Assembly: GCA_965261545.1 (NCBI GenBank)
Contig: CBDHDF010000005.1
Span: 1-31,239 of the forward strand
Origin: Bdellovibrionales bacterium
GTDB lineage: Bacteria; Bdellovibrionota; Bdellovibrionia; Bdellovibrionales; UBA1609
Direction: 5' to 3'
DNA: 31,239 nucleotides
A program made the position numbers and the translations under genes. The notes beneath the pieces are model-generated. The model was given only the letters and a program-made list of their open reading frames with translations, had not been told where the DNA came from and did not search any database. Positions 28,799 through 31,239 of this stretch are shown piece after piece (the first letter of the stretch is position 1; each line of letters starts with the position of its first letter).

Positions 28799-29173
28799 TT
28801 AAGATTGATTTTGTGACAAATACTGATCGAAAACCTCCATCATTTTAAGTTCTAGTTGCTCCTTGGAGCCATTGAACTTGGAGAGCTTTTCCATTAGAAA
28901 AACCTCTCTTTTGTCACTGTGTGAGAGTGAATCTTCTTGGGTCTTCTTGACAGTCTTTGCTAAGAGACTGTCGTCAGCGAGATGGAAAAGGTTCTCAAGA
29001 ATGTCTCCGGGCTTCACCTTTCTTCCAAAGGGTTTCTTATTAGCTCTATCCACAAGTTTTGAGATTTTTCTCATAAAGCTCCTGTGAAAGCGAATCATAG
29101 AGGATTCACTCTTTTTGGTAACCTTTCTAACTGGATTTAAAATATTGTCTTGCTCGATATTATCTTGCTCCAT
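28799..29173 (-). CDS. Hypothetical protein of the integrative element (possibly DNA-binding)
   Basis: 124 aa, GGAGGT RBS; its 3' end survives as a relic at ~13050-13092 next to copy 1. Confidence 0.65.
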   Translation of the reverse strand: MEQDNIEQDNILNPVRKVTKKSESSMIRFHRSFMRKISKLVDRANKKPFGRKVKPGDILENLFHLADDSLLAKTVKKTQEDSLSHSDKREVFLMEKLSKFNGSKEQLELKMMEVFDQYLSQNQS

Positions 29174-29404
29174 GCTACCTCCGTCATATTATTTCATTTA
29201 ATGTTACTTTCTTCCATGTGACTTCTTTTTATATATTTTTCTTTCGTGAGACTTCCTCCTGTTCTACCTCCTTTCATCACGATCTCCCGAGCGTAGGGTT
29301 TATGTTTAAACTTGTGTACTTAAATTTGTATTCTTGAATTTGTATGCTTCCACCTGTACCTATCCTATGTATTTAGTCTTGTATCTATCCGTCTGTATCT
29401 AAAC

Positions 29405-31239
29405 CTATATGATTAAACCACGATCCCTTGTCATAGCCTTTTCTATGGAAATAGTTGAGACAGAGATATCAAAGGTTTCAAGTTGATTTTTCTGTCGGTC
29501 TATAAAACTTTTCTTGTCAAAAAATCCTCTATCTTTCTTGCTGGTTTGTTGCTCTTGGTCTTCAGAATTAACAAAATCAAGGTTTTTGATGTGTGGACTT
29601 GTCGCTAGAAAAATGTGAAAGGCTTGCTCATCCAAGCCCTTCAAGACAAGGGGAGGACTTTGACATTCCGCTCGATACTTTTCTTCCATGAGCCCTAAGA
29701 AAGTGAAGAAAATCCATGTAAACAGTGACACGTCTTCCATGAGAGGAAGGCTCCATAAATGGAGTCTTTTGTCGTCCGTGGTATTGAGCTTTGTAGCTGT
29801 TATCCGAGGTCTGTGTGTACTGAATGGCCTCTTTTTGGTCTTCGTCAGAGTAAAACCAAATGGCACCTTTTTGATCGACTTGCACTCTTTTTTGCTTAAA
29901 AAGATCATCGGCCAGATTCTCGTTGATCTTATGATGTCTAAAGAATTGCTTAATCTTGTTTCTGCAATGTGTGGCGACTCTGCTTTTATTTTTGGGATAT
30001 AAAAGGGCTTGTAGGTCTTTTGGACCTCCCCAAAGTGCTGCTCAAGGAGGAAAAGGTTTTTGTTGCCTGTAATTTTCGCAATAGCTCCCAAAAAACTTGT
30101 GCTTTCATGGAGGCTTACAAGCTCAATCAGTGAGCCCGTGGTTTTGTTCTTTGTGTTCGTCCATCTATTCCCATGGATGATAACGTGTTCTCGTCCCTTT
30201 AAAATCGTTTGTCCTGCTTTGTCTTCTATGCAAGCTATATTATGCCTCTTGCAATAATCGAGAATGTCACTGTTTGAAGCCCTTTTTATCTCGCTTATAG
30301 GTATAATAGTGTCCCTGAGAGCAATCCTCTGAAGGAAGAGGAGTCCTATGGCCACGGCGATCACTTTTCGTATAAGCTCCATAATTTTTGTTTCCAAGCT
30401 TTTGTGCATTTCCTCCCAACATTGATAGTGAATTTGAAGTCTCCGGAGAATCTGAATAAATTTGAGAATCTCTTTTTCCATCTTTGAAATTACTAGTTTC
30501 ACCTTCTTTGAAATTACGATTTTCATCTTTGAAGTTGTTGATCCCATCTCTAATTTTGTTTCTTACCTGGGGTTGACGTAGAAACAGTTCATCATTGGCC
30601 TTGAACTTCTCCATCAAGCCCGGTTTATCATAGTTGGCACCTAGTTTCTTACCTCTGATCCCCTTTTCATGTCCTTCATAATGATAGGTGATGATGCTTT
30701 TCAGTGATAGCCACTTTGACAGACAGTTCGTTAAAATGCTGACGTACTCATCAAAGCTTGTCGCAATAGCTCCAGGCAAAGTCAGCTTTTTGGAAAAGGT
30801 CTAGGCGGTAAGAACTGCCACCTCGACGTTGAATCTCTTTAACTTCTTGAGGAATATTTCTCTTCCTCTCTTTTTCAGTATTTCTGATAATGGAAAGTCC
30901 ATTTTCCCTTGAAATATCGTTAGAAATAGCCCTGAGATTGTAGAGGTGTTTCTTTTTGTTTATTATATCTCTTTTGCCTGTTTTTTCGTTCACTGGATTG
31001 ACTAAAATGTGATTATGAGTCTTGTCTGTATCTGTATGCGTGACCACCATAAATTCATGGTCTGGGAAATAGCGTTTGGCTAACTCTGTTCCCATCACAT
31101 TGATCTTTTCTGCTGACAAGTATTTACTCTCTTCAGGACCAAAACTGTGAATAACTTCAAAGGCTACGTTAAGGATTTGACCTCGACGGGCCTTATTCTT
31201 TCCCAAAAAATGATTGAGTATATTGAAACTGTGTCACTG
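29405..31239 (-). pseudogene. Relaxase/mobilisation nuclease (MOB-P/VirD2-like) with a long C-terminal extension, multiply frameshifted, 5' end beyond the window
   Basis: VIHSFGPEE (motif II), VVTHTDTDKTHNHILVNPVN (3H motif III), IRGKKLGANY; coding signal switches frame near 30770, 30320, 29940 and 29710. Confidence 0.8.

Noticed and set aside
103..30257. Many 60-110 aa antisense or overlapping ORFs in the track (e.g. 103-288, 4421-4738, 10386-10694, 20561-20893, 23700-24041)
   Set aside because: Shadows of well-supported genes on the opposite strand or another frame, with no motifs

Overview
AT-rich, heavily decayed accessory region, probably from a Bdellovibrionota-like bacterium (inferred from the serA/class V aminotransferase/TPR-lipoprotein block and the pilin-like gene). 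Left to right: (1) a translationally coupled ABC-type (AAA_15/AAA_21-like) ATPase plus small PD-(D/E)XK-like protein, just downstream of an atypical tRNA with an Arg-type body but a UUG (Gln) anticodon; (2) a 403-bp MITE with a 6-bp TSD, a sensor-less histidine kinase and two tandem XRE paralogues; (3) a complete IS21 (5770-9015, AGATA TSD) inserted in a double-HTH regulator gene; (4) a first integrase/excisionase module broken by an IS4-family element; (5) three near-identical 1417-bp IS4 copies, an IS91/ISCR remnant, two Rpn-family nucleases, a doubly broken prfC and a second, internally deleted prfC copy; (6) a short housekeeping block; (7) an ISNCY-like transposase and a second, intact integrase/excisionase module with a multiply frameshifted relaxase. 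The best leads are the tRNA-ATPase-nuclease unit, a covarying DnaA-box-tipped hairpin found inside and outside the IS21, internal RpnS-type starts, the start-less IS4 transposase N-terminus, and the prfC repeat bracketing an Rpn gene.
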